Shown piece after piece: positions 41,467-53,022 of a stretch of DNA of 64,000 bases. The DNA lies in NCBI GenBank assembly GCA_038087875.1, contig JAXLNO010000088.1, positions 1 to 64,000 of the forward strand, written 5' to 3'. A model generated the notes under the pieces. It did no database searches and was not told the origin of the DNA. It was given only the letters and a program-made list of their open reading frames with translations. The translations under genes were made by a program, and so were the position numbers. Position 1 is the first letter of the stretch. Every line of letters begins with the position of its first letter. This DNA comes from Malacoraja senta. Its lineage: Eukaryota.

Positions 41467-43941
41467 ATGAGGCGGTTAGATGGATTTAAAGACGTTGAAA
41501 GGGAATTAGAGGGCATGAATGTGGTTTAAATGAGTTCAGAGGACTTTAGAGAGGTTTAGAGCGTTTAAGGGGGTTTTGAGGTGTTTAGTTGGCGTTGGAG
41601 GGATTTATAGGGGGCTAGATGGGGTTAGAGTTACTTGAGGGGTTTTCACAGGGGTTTATAGTGGTTTAGAGAGTTTTAACGAGGCTTGGACGTGTTTAGA
41701 AGGGTTCAGAGGGGCTTAGAGGGGTTAAGAGTGTTTTAGAGAGGTTTAGATTGGTTTCGAATGATTTAGAGGGATTTAGAGGATTCGAAGGATTTCGAGG
41801 AGTTTAGAGGGTGTGTGTTACAATGGTTTAGAAGCGTTTAGAATGGTTTAGGGTTTTAGACTGGTTTAGAGGGCTTTAGAGATGTTTGGAGAAGTGTGGT
41901 GTTTAGAGGTGTTTAGTAAGTTAGAGGGTATTAGAGGGGTTTCGAGGGTTTTCGAGTGTTTTAAAGGGGTTAAGGGGGCTTTAGAGTGGTTTACATGTGT
42001 TTAAAGGGCTTTATATGGGTTTATAGTGCTTTAGAGGGGTTTAAGAGCGGTTTAGAGGGATTTAGAGTGGTTTGGAGGGGTGTAGAGGGGTTTAGAGGGA
42101 CTATAGGCTTAGATGGGTTTAGAGGGTTTTAAAGGCATTTAGAGGGGTTTCGAGGGGTTTCGAGGGCTTTAGAGGGGTTTAGTGGGGCTCAGAGGGGCTT
42201 AGAGGTTTAGGAGGCGTTTAGAGAGAGTTAGATGGATTTCGATGGTTTTCAAGCGGCTTAGAGCGGTTTAGAGGTGTTAGAGGGGTTTAGAAATTATTAT
42301 AGTGCTTTGGAGGTGTTTAGAAGGATTTAGATGGGTCTGGAGTGGTTTAGAGGGGTTTAGAGGGGTTATGAGAGGTTGAGACGTTGATAGAGGGGTGAGA
42401 GGGCTTAAGGGGGATTAGAAGTGGGTAGAGGGGGCTTGAGGGGTTAGAGATGGTTTAGACAGGTTTAGAGGGGTTTAGCGGGGTGTAGATGGTTTTGGGG
42501 GATTTAGAGATGGCTAGAGGGGTTAGTGGTTTGGAGAGGCTTAGAGTGGGTTAGAGGAAGTTAGAGGGATTTCCAGGTGTTCAGATGTGTTTATTAGGAT
42601 TTAGTATTTTTGAGAGGTTTAGAGGGGTTAGAGGTGTTTAGAGGGATTAAGTGTGTTCTTAGAGGGCTTTAGATGTGTTCAGGTGGCATTAGATGGGGTT
42701 TAGAGGGGGTATGGATGGGTGTAGATTGATTAGAGAGGTATAGTGGGGTTAGAGGGATTCAGAGAGGTTTTCGGGGGATTTAGAGGTGTTTAGAGGGGTT
42801 TCGATGGTTTGGAGTGGTATAGAGGGTTTTAGAAGGGTTTAGAGTGGTTCAGAGGGGTTTTGAGTGGATAGAGCGGTTTAGATATGTTTGAAGGGATTTA
42901 CGGGGTTTTAGAGGGGTTTAGAGAGGTTTAGAGTGGTTTCAAGGGGTTCTGAGTGGCTTAGAGGGGTAGAGAGGTTTAGTGAGTTTTAGAGGGATTTGGA
43001 GAGGTTTAGAGGGATTTTGAGGTGTTTTGAGGGTTTAGAAGTGTAAATAGGGTGAGAGGGCTTTAGAGCGGTTTAAAGGTGTTTAGAGGGCTTTAGAGCG
43101 GTTAAGAGGGTTTCATAGCGGTTAGGAGGTTGTTTCGTAGTGGGTAGAGGGTTTAGAGCGGTTTAGAGGGAGTTGGAGTGGTTTAGAATGGATAGAAGAG
43201 GTTAGAGTGGTTTAGAGGGGTGTATACGTGGTTAGAGGGGTTCCGAGGGTCTTAGAGAGCTTTAAATGGGCTTAGACCTGTTTACAGGGGTTCAGAGGTG
43301 CTTGGGGTGACTTAGAATTGTTTAGAGGTGTTTAGTAAACTTTCGAATGATTTAGATGGGTTTCGAAGGTGTTTACATTTGTTTAGAGGGCTTCAGAGGG
43401 CTCTAGAATTGCTTAGAGGGCTTTAGAGGGGTTTAGATTGGTTTAGAGTGCTTTAGATTGGTTTCGAGGGGTATAGAGGTGTTTAGAGAGGTATAGTGAT
43501 GTTAGAGGGTTTTAGATGGTTTCGAGGGGTATCGATGGGTTTCGATGGGTTTAGAGTGGGTTAGAGTGGTTTAGCTGGTGTTTACAGGGGTTTTGATGGG
43601 TTTCGAGGGGTTTGGAGATTTAGAGGACTAGATGGGCATAGAGGAACTTAGAAGGGTTAGAGGGATTTAGAGGGGCTTAGAGGGTTTAGTGGGGTTTAGA
43701 CTGCTTTGGAGGAGTTTAGAGGTGTTCAGAGGATTTTTACTTCGGAGTCACGTGAGTGATTCCGTGAAGAAGCCCCGACAGGGCGCATGCGCGTCATTAC
43801 ATCAGACGCATGACGCAACGACGGGCTGGCAGGGCGCAACTCCATCAGCGGTAAGTTAAAAACCCGCAGGTAAGTTTTTAAAAACTCACTGTGGTGGTCT
43901 TTTGCGGTCTGTATGTCTGGTTTACAGGAGCTAGCAGGACT

Positions 43942-46800
43942 ATGGAGAAGCCGGTGAAAGGAAGGCTGAGGCGCGCCGCCGGGAAAACAGCTGGAGAAGA
44001 CCGCGGGAGTGCGGACAGCGGGCAGGCGCCCATTTCACCTTCTGAGCCGCTGGCAGTCCGGCGAGTGGCAGCTATTCAGGTGCCGATTGACAGCACAATG
44101 GCTACTCCTGTGGGGAGAAAAGCCACCAAAGAATCAGTAAGGCCCGTGGACTCTGATGAGTCAGGAGGATTCTCCTCCCACTATCAGTGACGTCTGTGGA
44201 CGTCTAGCAAAGATGGAGCACCTGTTGGAGAGGATGCTCTATCATGACATGTTACTGGAGGGACTTTATATCCGTGGGTCAACCCATGGGCCCGTGGCAG
44301 CAGCCTCTACTGGAGGGCTGTATAGGGAAGATCTGCTCCATGAAGAGGAGCCTTATATCCGCGGGTCTTCTTGGGGGCCCATGGCAGCAACACCTTTAGA
44401 AGGGCTGCATAATGTCTCCCTCGTGGAGGAGGTGAGCTTACCGGGGCAGTTTTGTTCTGACCCTGAGGTTGGAGGTATTGCGGAGCAGCATACCCCAAGG
44501 CATGAGAGCCAAGAGCCAGGGATGCCGAACATGGCATCTAAATTCTCCATACCAACAGGAACTGGTGAGCCGTTGGACGAAGACCTGGCCAGAACCATGA
44601 ATTATATGCCTTCCCATCAGTTACAGGATTTAACGATGGAAGAAACAACGGACAAATATGAGACACCTACCAACTGTGCCTCAATAAAAGTGCCTACTGT
44701 TAACCATGCCATTTGGGGGCACATGGGTGCAAGCATCAGAGCACAAGAGTTAAGGATCCAAAAGATCTTAAAGCTGCTTGGCAGGCATTACTGCATTTGC
44801 AAGATCAGTCGATGGGGCTGATTCCCACCTCCCCATTCGCTGTGATGGTATTTCAGTCTCAGTCACAGAGGCCGACGTCAGTAAATCCTTCAGAGGGGTG
44901 AACCCTCGAAAAGCGCCTGGACTTGATGGTATACCTGGACGTGTTCTAAAAACCTGTGCGGACCAACTGGCTGGAGTTTTTACGGACATTTTCAACCTCT
45001 CACTTCTGAGGTCTGAGGTTCCCACCTGCTTCAAAAGGGCATCAATTTTACCAGTGCCCAAGAAGAGTAAGGTGACATGCCTCAATCACTATCGACCTGT
45101 GGCACTAACGCCTGTGGTGATGAAGTGCTTTGAGAGGTTGATCATGACGCAGATCAACTCCTACCTCGACAAAAACCTGGACCCACTGCAGTTCGCTTAC
45201 CGCCACAACAGATCAACGGTGGATGCGATCTCGCTGGCCCTCCACTCCGCTCTGGAGCACTTGGACAACAACAATTCATATGTCAGGCTGTTATTCATCG
45301 ATTACAGCTCGGCATTTAACACAATCATCCCCTCCAAGCTGGTTACCAAACTCGCAGAACTGGGTCTCTGCGCATCCCTCTGCACTTGGATCCTCGACTT
45401 CCTCACTCTCAGACCACAGTCTGTTCGTATTGGTGGAAATGTGTCAGACTCGATAACAATTAGCACGGGAGCACCTCAAGGCTGCGTGCTCAGCCCCCTG
45501 CTGTACTCACTCTATACTCATGACTGCGTAGCCGGACATAGTGCGAACTCCATCATCAAGTTCGCTGACGACACCACTGTTGTGGTATGTTTCACTGATG
45601 GGGATGAGTCAGAGTATAGAAGAGAGATCGAGCTACTGTCCATATGGTGCCAGCACAATAACCTGGCCCTCAACACCAGCAAAACCAAGGAACTGATTGT
45701 GGACTTTGGAAGGAGTAGGATGGGGACCCACAGTCCAGTTTATATCAACGGGTCGATGGTTGAAAGTGTCAAGAACTTCAAATTCCTGGGCATGCACCTC
45801 TCTGAAGTTGTTTCCTGGTCCGAGAACACTGATGCCATTATTAAGTAAGCACATCAGCGCCTCTACTTCCTGAGAAGATTACGGAGAGTCGGTTTGTCAT
45901 GGAGGACTCTCTCTAACTTCTACAGATGCACAGTAGAGAGCATGCTGACCGGTTGCATCGTGGCTTGGTTCGGCAACTTGAGCGCCCTGGAGAGGAAAAG
46001 ACTACAAAAAGTAGTAAACACTGCCCAGTCCATCATCGGCTCTGACCTCCCTTCCTTCGAGGGGATCTATCACAGTCGCTGCCTCAAAAAGGCTGGCAGT
46101 ATCATCAAGGACCCACACCATCCTGGCCACACACTCATCTCCCTACTACCTTCAGGTAGAAGGTACAGGAGCCTGAAGACTGCAACGACCAGGTTCAGGA
46201 ACAGCTACTTCCCCACAGCCATCAGGCTATTAAACCTGGCTCGGACATAACACTGAACTTTATTAGCCAATACCGTTATTTGCACTTTATCAGTATATTG
46301 ATTCATGTGTGTATATATTTATAGAATGCGTTGTAGTCAATGCCTACTATGTTCTGTTGTGCTGAAGCAAAGCAAGAATTTCATTGTCCTATCATGGACA
46401 CATGACAATAAACTCACTTGACTTGACTTGACTTGGGGCGCCCCTGTCTGATTTTCAGCAGGATAATTTGGCACTTATGTGCAATGCACTTTTCGAAGTA
46501 AATTGTTTTCGGAAAAGTGCAGTGCAGCCGCCGATCCTGTTGTTCGGTGAGGATCTGTCAAAACAGGTCAGAGAACTGGATGACGAGGCGAAGACGGTCG
46601 GTCTCATTAAAGCACAATCGACCGGTAAAAGACCGTTTCGCCGATTGCACCCCTATAGACGGTTCACTGAGGCTGGTTCGGGTCAAGGACAAAGCCAGGC
46701 TCTGCCATCTGTGCGCAATTGGCGTACCCCAACACGTATTCCCTCCAGAGCTCGGAGGCAAAGTTATCCACCAGCGATTATGGAGGTAGGTGGATCTGGT
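43942..46800 (+). pseudogene. DIRS gag-like ORF, frameshifted and split by a Rex1 insertion
   Basis: Pieces 43942-44190, 44156-44818 and 46434-46800; removing the insert rejoins ...[30 protein letters not shown]. Confidence 0.65.
44819..46433 (+). mobile_element. 5'-truncated Rex1/Babar-type LINE nested in the DIRS element
   Basis: [61 protein letters not shown]; single in-frame TAA at 45846; TGACAATAAA plus (CTTGA)n tail; TSD TGGGGC at 44813-44818 and 46434-46439. Confidence 0.92.
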
Positions 46801-46819
46801 TCGGTTCAGGACATGTCAT

Positions 46820-48162
46820 ATATGGAGCAGTCACAAGTTGGTGGTAGATTGCAGTTGTTCTTCATTGAATGGTGCTGCATAACATCAGATTCGTTTATTC
46901 TGGAGATCTTCAGGTGTTCCGAGTTGAGTTCATTTTTAAATTGCGTCCACCCACACAACATACACAGAGTCGGACATTGGTGTTTTCATAATCAGAAACT
47001 TTACAGGTAAACGCTGAAATTAAAACCTTACTTAAAAAAGGGGTGATTGAGAAGTCGGTTCATCAATCTCATCAATTTGTGTCTAATATTTTTTCATAGA
47101 CAAAAGAAGGATGGTGGGTGTCGAATCATTCTTGATCTAACTCGACTTAATTCCTATGTCCAGTATAAACATTTCAAAATGGAAACTGTTGTTACTGCTA
47201 AACAATTGGTATCCAAAGGATATTATATGGCATGTATGGATCTGAAAGATGCGTATTATTCAGTGCCGATTCAATACGATCACCGGAGATATTTGAAATT
47301 TAGCTGGATCTGACAATTTTGGCAGTTTAAAGCATTGCCTAATGGGTTAACCTCAGCTCCTAGACTATTTACACAGTTGTTGAAATCGGTGTTGGGTTTA
47401 CTCTGGGCTCAGAGTCATATTGTGATGGCCTATTTAGATGATGTTCTAATCATAGGCAAGACTCAGGAATCAGCTGAATTGTCTGTGTCAGTCACTAAAC
47501 ATATGTTTTAGAAGTAGGGGTTTCTCATCCCTCCAGCTAAATCAAAATTGATACCATCTAGAATCATTGATTATTTGGGGTTCACCATTGATTCAACTCA
47601 CATGCTAGTGTCTCTGCCTAGAAGCAAGAAATTAGAATTAATGGAAGCTTGTACCAATCTTGTTGACGAGCAGCAATCCTCCATTCGACGAGTGGCTAGT
47701 GTAATTGGCAAATTAGTGCCTGCTTTCCCTGGAGTACAATTTGGGCCTTTACATTATCAAAATGTGCAACGTGCTAAGGAACAGGCACTCAAAAGACATG
47801 CAGGTCATTTCGATAGACATGCGGTTGCCAGTTGAAGCCATTACTGAGTTACAGTGGTGGATAACGAATGTTTCACGTTGCTCTATTAAAATTCTGGCTA
47901 ATCAACCTTCAGTTGTTTTAAAAACTGATGTGAGTGCCTTCGGATGGGGAGCCACTGATGCCAATTCCAGCTGCGGCGGCAGATGGAATGTGCATGAGGC
48001 ATTAATTCTTCAGGCGCATGGTATTAACTATATATAATTGCTGGGAGCATTCTATGGCTTAAAACTGTATTGTTCTACTATGCATCATTTGCATGTTCAG
48101 CTCCAGATAGATAACACCACAGCAGTTGCATACGTCTATCACATGGGCGGAATCAATTCGGT
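46820..48162 (+). pseudogene. DIRS pol (RT plus RNase H), multiple stops and frameshifts
   Basis: KKDGGCRIILDL, HFKMET, DLKDAYYSVPI, LPNGLTSAPR, YLDD, YLGFTID, LKTDVSAFGWGA, DNTTAVAY..HMGG. Confidence 0.88.
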
Positions 48163-51077
48163 ATGTAAACTTCTGTAAACCCTCTAACCCCATATAAATA
48201 CATGTAAACGCTTGTAAACTCCTGTACACCTATGTAAACACCCTGTAAACACCTCTAAACCCCTGTAAACCCCCCTAAACTTCTGTAAACGCCTGTATAC
48301 CCCTGTACACCCCTCTAATCTCATCTAAACACCTATAAAGACCTCTAAACCCTTCTACCCCATCTGACTCCCTGTAAACCCCATGTAAACCACTCTAAAC
48401 CATTGTAAAGCCCTCCAAACCCAAGTAAAGCTATCTAAAACACTCTAAACCCCGCTAAACCCCATGTAAACAACTCGAATCCTGTCTAGACACATGTAAA
48501 CCCCCTGTAAACCCCTGTAAACCACACTAAACCCATATAAACACCTGTAAACGCTTGCAAACACCTCTACACCCCTGTAAACCGGTCTAAACCCCCCTAT
48601 GCAAGCCCCTCTAATACCTTTTAAACCCATCCAAACCCATGTAAACCTCTCTAAAACCCTATAAACCCCCTGTAAACCCCTCTGAAACTCTATCCACCTG
48701 TAAACACGGGTACACACCTATAAACCAATCTAAACCCCGCTAAACCCATCTAAATCCCTCTAACCCCCTCTAACCCTCACTAAACACCCGTGAACCCCTC
48801 TAAACCACTGTAAACGTCTCTAAACACTTATAATCCCCTGCAAACCCCTGTAAACCTCTCTAAGCCCCAGTAAACGCCTGTAAACCTCTCTAGACCCGAT
48901 GTAACCCCCCTATAAAGCCCTCTAGAAACATCTAAACCCCCTGTAAACCCAATGTAAACCCCTCTAAACACATATAAACCTCTCTAAACCCCTCTAAAAA
49001 CCTGTAAACCAATGTAAACCCCTCTAAAACCCTCTAATCCCCTATACCCCTGTAAACCCCAATAAACCCCTCGTAAACTCCTGTAAACCCCTCTACCCAT
49101 GAAAACCTCTCTAAGAACCTCTAACCCCCTCTAAACCCCCTCTAAACCACTCTAAACCTCTCGAAATACCTGTAAACACAGGTAAAAACCTACAAACCCC
49201 TCTAAGTCCCTCTAAAACAATCTACAAAACCCTAAACGCCTCTAAACCCATTTACAAAACTCTAAACCCCTCTAAAGCCATGTTAATCCCTCTAAACCCA
49301 TGTAGATCCCTCTAAACCCATCGAAAATCCTATAACCCTCTCTAAACCCATCTAAACCCACTCCTAACCCCGACTGCTCTAATCCTCTCCAGAACCCTCC
49401 AAACCCCTCCAAACCCCTCCAAACCGCTCTAAATCCCTCCAAACCAATATAAACCCCTGCCAACCCCTTGTAACCCCCCCCCCGAAACCGCTGTAAACCC
49501 CATGTAATTCACCTAAACCCCTGTAAACCCATCTAATCCCCTGTAAACCTCTCTAAAACCGTCTAAACCCCTCCCCTGTAAACCCGTCAAAACTCTCTAA
49601 ACACCTACAGACACCTGTAAACCCCTCTACACCTATCTAAACCCCTCTAAACCCCGTATAAAGCCATCTAAACCGCTCTAAACCCATGTAAACCCCAGGA
49701 AACCTCATGTAAACCCCTCTAAACCCTTGCAAACCACTCTAAACCCCTCTAAACCCCTGTAAACCCCTCTAAACCTCTCTACACCTGTAAATACCTGTAA
49801 ATTCCCTGTAAACCTCTCTAAACCCAACTAAAACCCTCTAACCACCTCTAAACCTCCGTAAGTTCTTCTAAACCCCCTGTAAACCCCGTAAACCCGTCTA
49901 AACCCCTGTAAACCCCTGTAAACCCACGTAAACCTCTCTAAACACCTCTAAACCCCTGTAAACAACTATAAACCCCCTATAAAACCCTCTAAACCACTAA
50001 ACCAAAGTAAACCCATCTAAACCACTGTAAACGCCCCTAAACACCTTTAAACACCTGAACCAGTCTAAACCCCATGTAAACCTCTCTAAACCTCTCATCC
50101 CGTGTAACCCCATCTAAATCACTCTAGACCCCCCAGAAACCGCTGTAAATCGCTGTAAACGCATCTAACCCACTCTATACCCCTGAACATCCCTCAAAAC
50201 CTCTGCAAACGCCTGTAAACCCCTGCAAAACCCTCTAAACCCCTCTAAACACTTGTAAACACATCTAAACCACTCTAAACCCATCCAAACCACTCTAAAC
50301 CCCTCTGTTGCCCCGGGAAACCAATTTAAACCCCCTCTAAACAGCTGAGAACAGATCTAAACACCTCTAAACTCCATGCAAACCTCCAAACCCGCCCAAT
50401 CCCCTCTGAACCCCATTCAGACCCCTCTAATTTCTTCTAAACCCCTCTATACCCATGTAGACACCCTGTAAGCACCTCTAAACACATGGACTCTCCGCTA
50501 AACCTCTGTAAACGCCTGTAAACACCTGTACACCCCTCTAATCCCCTCTAAACATCTAAAATGCCCTCTAAACACTACTACCCACACCTGAACTCCTGTA
50601 AACCCCATGTAAACCACTCTAAACCACTTAAACGCATCTAAACCCCTCATAACCCATCGAAACACCTGTAAACCCATATAAACCCTTGTAAACCCCTCTA
50701 AACCTCGGTAAAGCCCACCAAACCCCCCTACACCACTCCAGACCTCTGTAAACCCCTCTAGACACTTCTAAACACCTCCAAGAACTTGTAGAGCACTGTA
50801 AACACCTCTAAACCTCTTTAAATCCTCTAAACACATGTGAACTAATGTAAACCCCTCTAAACCCCTCTAAATCCTTGTAAACCCCTGTAAACCGATGTAA
50901 ACCTTTCTAAACTTCTCTAAACCCCATGTAAACCCCCATTTAAACGCATCTATACCCCTCTTAACCCTTCGAAACCTGTAAACCCATCTAAATTCCTGTA
51001 AACCCCTCCAACCTCCTGTAAACCGATATAAACACCTCTAAACCCCGTAAACCCCTCTAAACCACTCTAAACCTCTC

Positions 51078-51435
51078 AGGACGACAGATGGCGCAATGGG
51101 CTAAGTGTTCGGCTGGCAACCGGAAGGTAGCCGGTTCGAATCCCGCTTGGAGTGCATACTGTCGTTGTGTCCTTGGGCAAGACACTTCACCCACCTTTGC
51201 CTGCGTGTGAATGTGTGTGAATGTGTGTGAGTGATTGGTGGTGGTCGGAGGGGCCGTAGGCGCAGATTAGCAGCCACGCTTCCGTCAGTCTGCCCCAGGG
51301 CAGCTGTGGCTACAGAAGTAGCTCACCACCACCGAGTGTGACTGAGGAGTGAATGAATAATGCGATGTAAAGCGCCTTGGGTATTAGAAAGGCGCAATAT
51401 AAATCCAATCCATTATTATTATTATTATTATTATT
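51078..51435 (+). mobile_element. Full-length tRNA-derived CORE-SINE with an L2-type tail (AFC-like)
   Basis: Box A TGGCGCAATGG (~51089), box B GGTTCGAATCC (~51133), CORE motif TGTGTCCTTGGGCAAGACACTTCACC, tail GTAAAGCGCCTTGGG...AAAGGCGC plus (ATT)n; near-identical 20-bp flanks. Confidence 0.88.
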
Positions 51436-52853
51436 AAACCACTCTAAACCCCTCTGTTGCCCCGTGAACCCCATTTAACACCCTCTAAACAGCTGAGAAT
51501 AGATCTAAACACCTCTAAACCCCATGCAAACTCCTCCAAACTCGCCCAATCCCCTCTAAACCCCCTACGGACGCCTCTAAATTCTTCTAATTCCCTCTAT
51601 ACCCATCTAAACACCCTGTAAGCACCTCTAAATCCCTGAAAACTCCCCTAAACCTCTGTAAACGCCCGTCAACCCATGTACACCCATCTAATCCCCTCTA
51701 AACATCTAAAATGCCCTCTACACAGTACTAACCCCATCTGAACCCCTGTAAAGCCCATGTAAACCACTCTAAACCACTAAACCCCTCCAAACCCATATAA
51801 ATCTATGTAAAACACTCTAAATCCCGCTAAACCCCATGTAAACAACTCGAATCCTCTTTAAACACATATAACCCCCTGTACACCCCTGTAAAACCCTCTA
51901 AACCATCTAAACACCTGTAAACGATTGTAAACTCCTCTAAATCCCTGTAAACCCGTCTAAACCCCCCATGTAAACCCCGGTAACACTCTTCAAACCCCTC
52001 TAAACCCATGTAAACCTCTCGAAAACCATCTAAACCCCCTGTAAACCCCTCTGAACCTCTATGCACCTGTAAACACCTGTACACCCCTATAAACCCATCT
52101 AAACCCCGCTAAACCCATCTAAAACCCTCGATACCGCTCGAAACCCCTGTAAATCCTTCTAAACACACGTGAACCCCTGTAAACCCCGCTAAACCCGTCT
52201 AAACCCCTGTAAATCCATGTAAACCCCATGTAAACCTCTCTAAACATCTCTAAACCCTGTAAACAACTCCAATTCCCTCTAGACCCATCGAAACACCTGT
52301 AAATCCCATGTAAACGCATCTAAACCGCTCTAAACACGTCTAACCACATGTTAACACCTCTAAACCACTGTAAACCACTAAATCTCTCTAAACGCTCTTA
52401 ACCACTTTAAACCTCTCTCAAGCCCTGTAAACCCATCTAAACCCCTCTAAACTATTCTAAATCCCTCTAAACCCCATGTAAACCTACCTAAATCCCCTTT
52501 ACACCCCTCTAAACCCCTCTGAAGCCATGTGAACCCCATTTAAACGCATCTAAACCCCTCATAACCCATCGAAACACCTGTAAACCCAAATAAACCTCTG
52601 TAAACCCCTCCAACCCCCCTGTAAACCCCTCTAATCCCCTGAAAACCCATATAAACACCGCTAAACCCCGTAAACACATCTAAACCACTCTAAACCCATC
52701 TGAAGCACTGTAAACCCCTCTAAACCCCTCAAAACACATCTAGAACCCTCTAAACCACAGTAAATCCCCTCCGAACACCTCTAAACCTCTGTAACCCCTC
52801 TAAACACCATGTAAACGCCGCTAAAACCCTCAAATGGCCTTTGAGCTCCTGTA

Positions 52854-53022
52854 ATCAGTATATTGATTCATGTGTGCATATATTTATAGAATGGTATATG
52901 GACACACTGATCTGTTTTGTAGTCAATGCCTACTATGTTCTATTGAGCTGAAGCAAAGCAAGAATTTCATTGTCCTATCAGGGACACATGACAACAAAGT
53001 AACTTGAACTTGAACTTGAACT
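52854..53022 (+). mobile_element. Solo Rex1 3' end
   Basis: Highly similar to 46290-46433, ending in (ACTTGA)n. Confidence 0.88.

Larger units (their letters stand above)
32482..43735 (+). repeat. Degenerate G-rich 10-bp telomere-like tandem repeat (GGGGTTTAGA)n, interrupted by TEs
   Basis: Repeated TTTAGAGGGG units with many variants; strongly G/T-biased + strand. Confidence 0.95.
43738..48162 (+). mobile_element. DIRS-type (tyrosine-recombinase class) retrotransposon, 3'-truncated and degenerate
   Basis: Terminal sequence ACTTCGGAGTCACGTGAG, gag-like ORFs, then RT and RNase H with DIRS-type motifs; ends within RNase H; no recombinase in the window. Confidence 0.85.

Noticed and set aside
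44778..45848. Functional host gene or novel RT gene
   Set aside because: A 5'-truncated Rex1 lacking the endonuclease, with a premature stop, TSD and tail; the start is a TTG in dead gag
51078..51150. tRNA gene
   Set aside because: A/B boxes continue into CORE and a LINE-derived tail, so this is a SINE head; the same logic applies to the 55.8 and 58.9 kb copies
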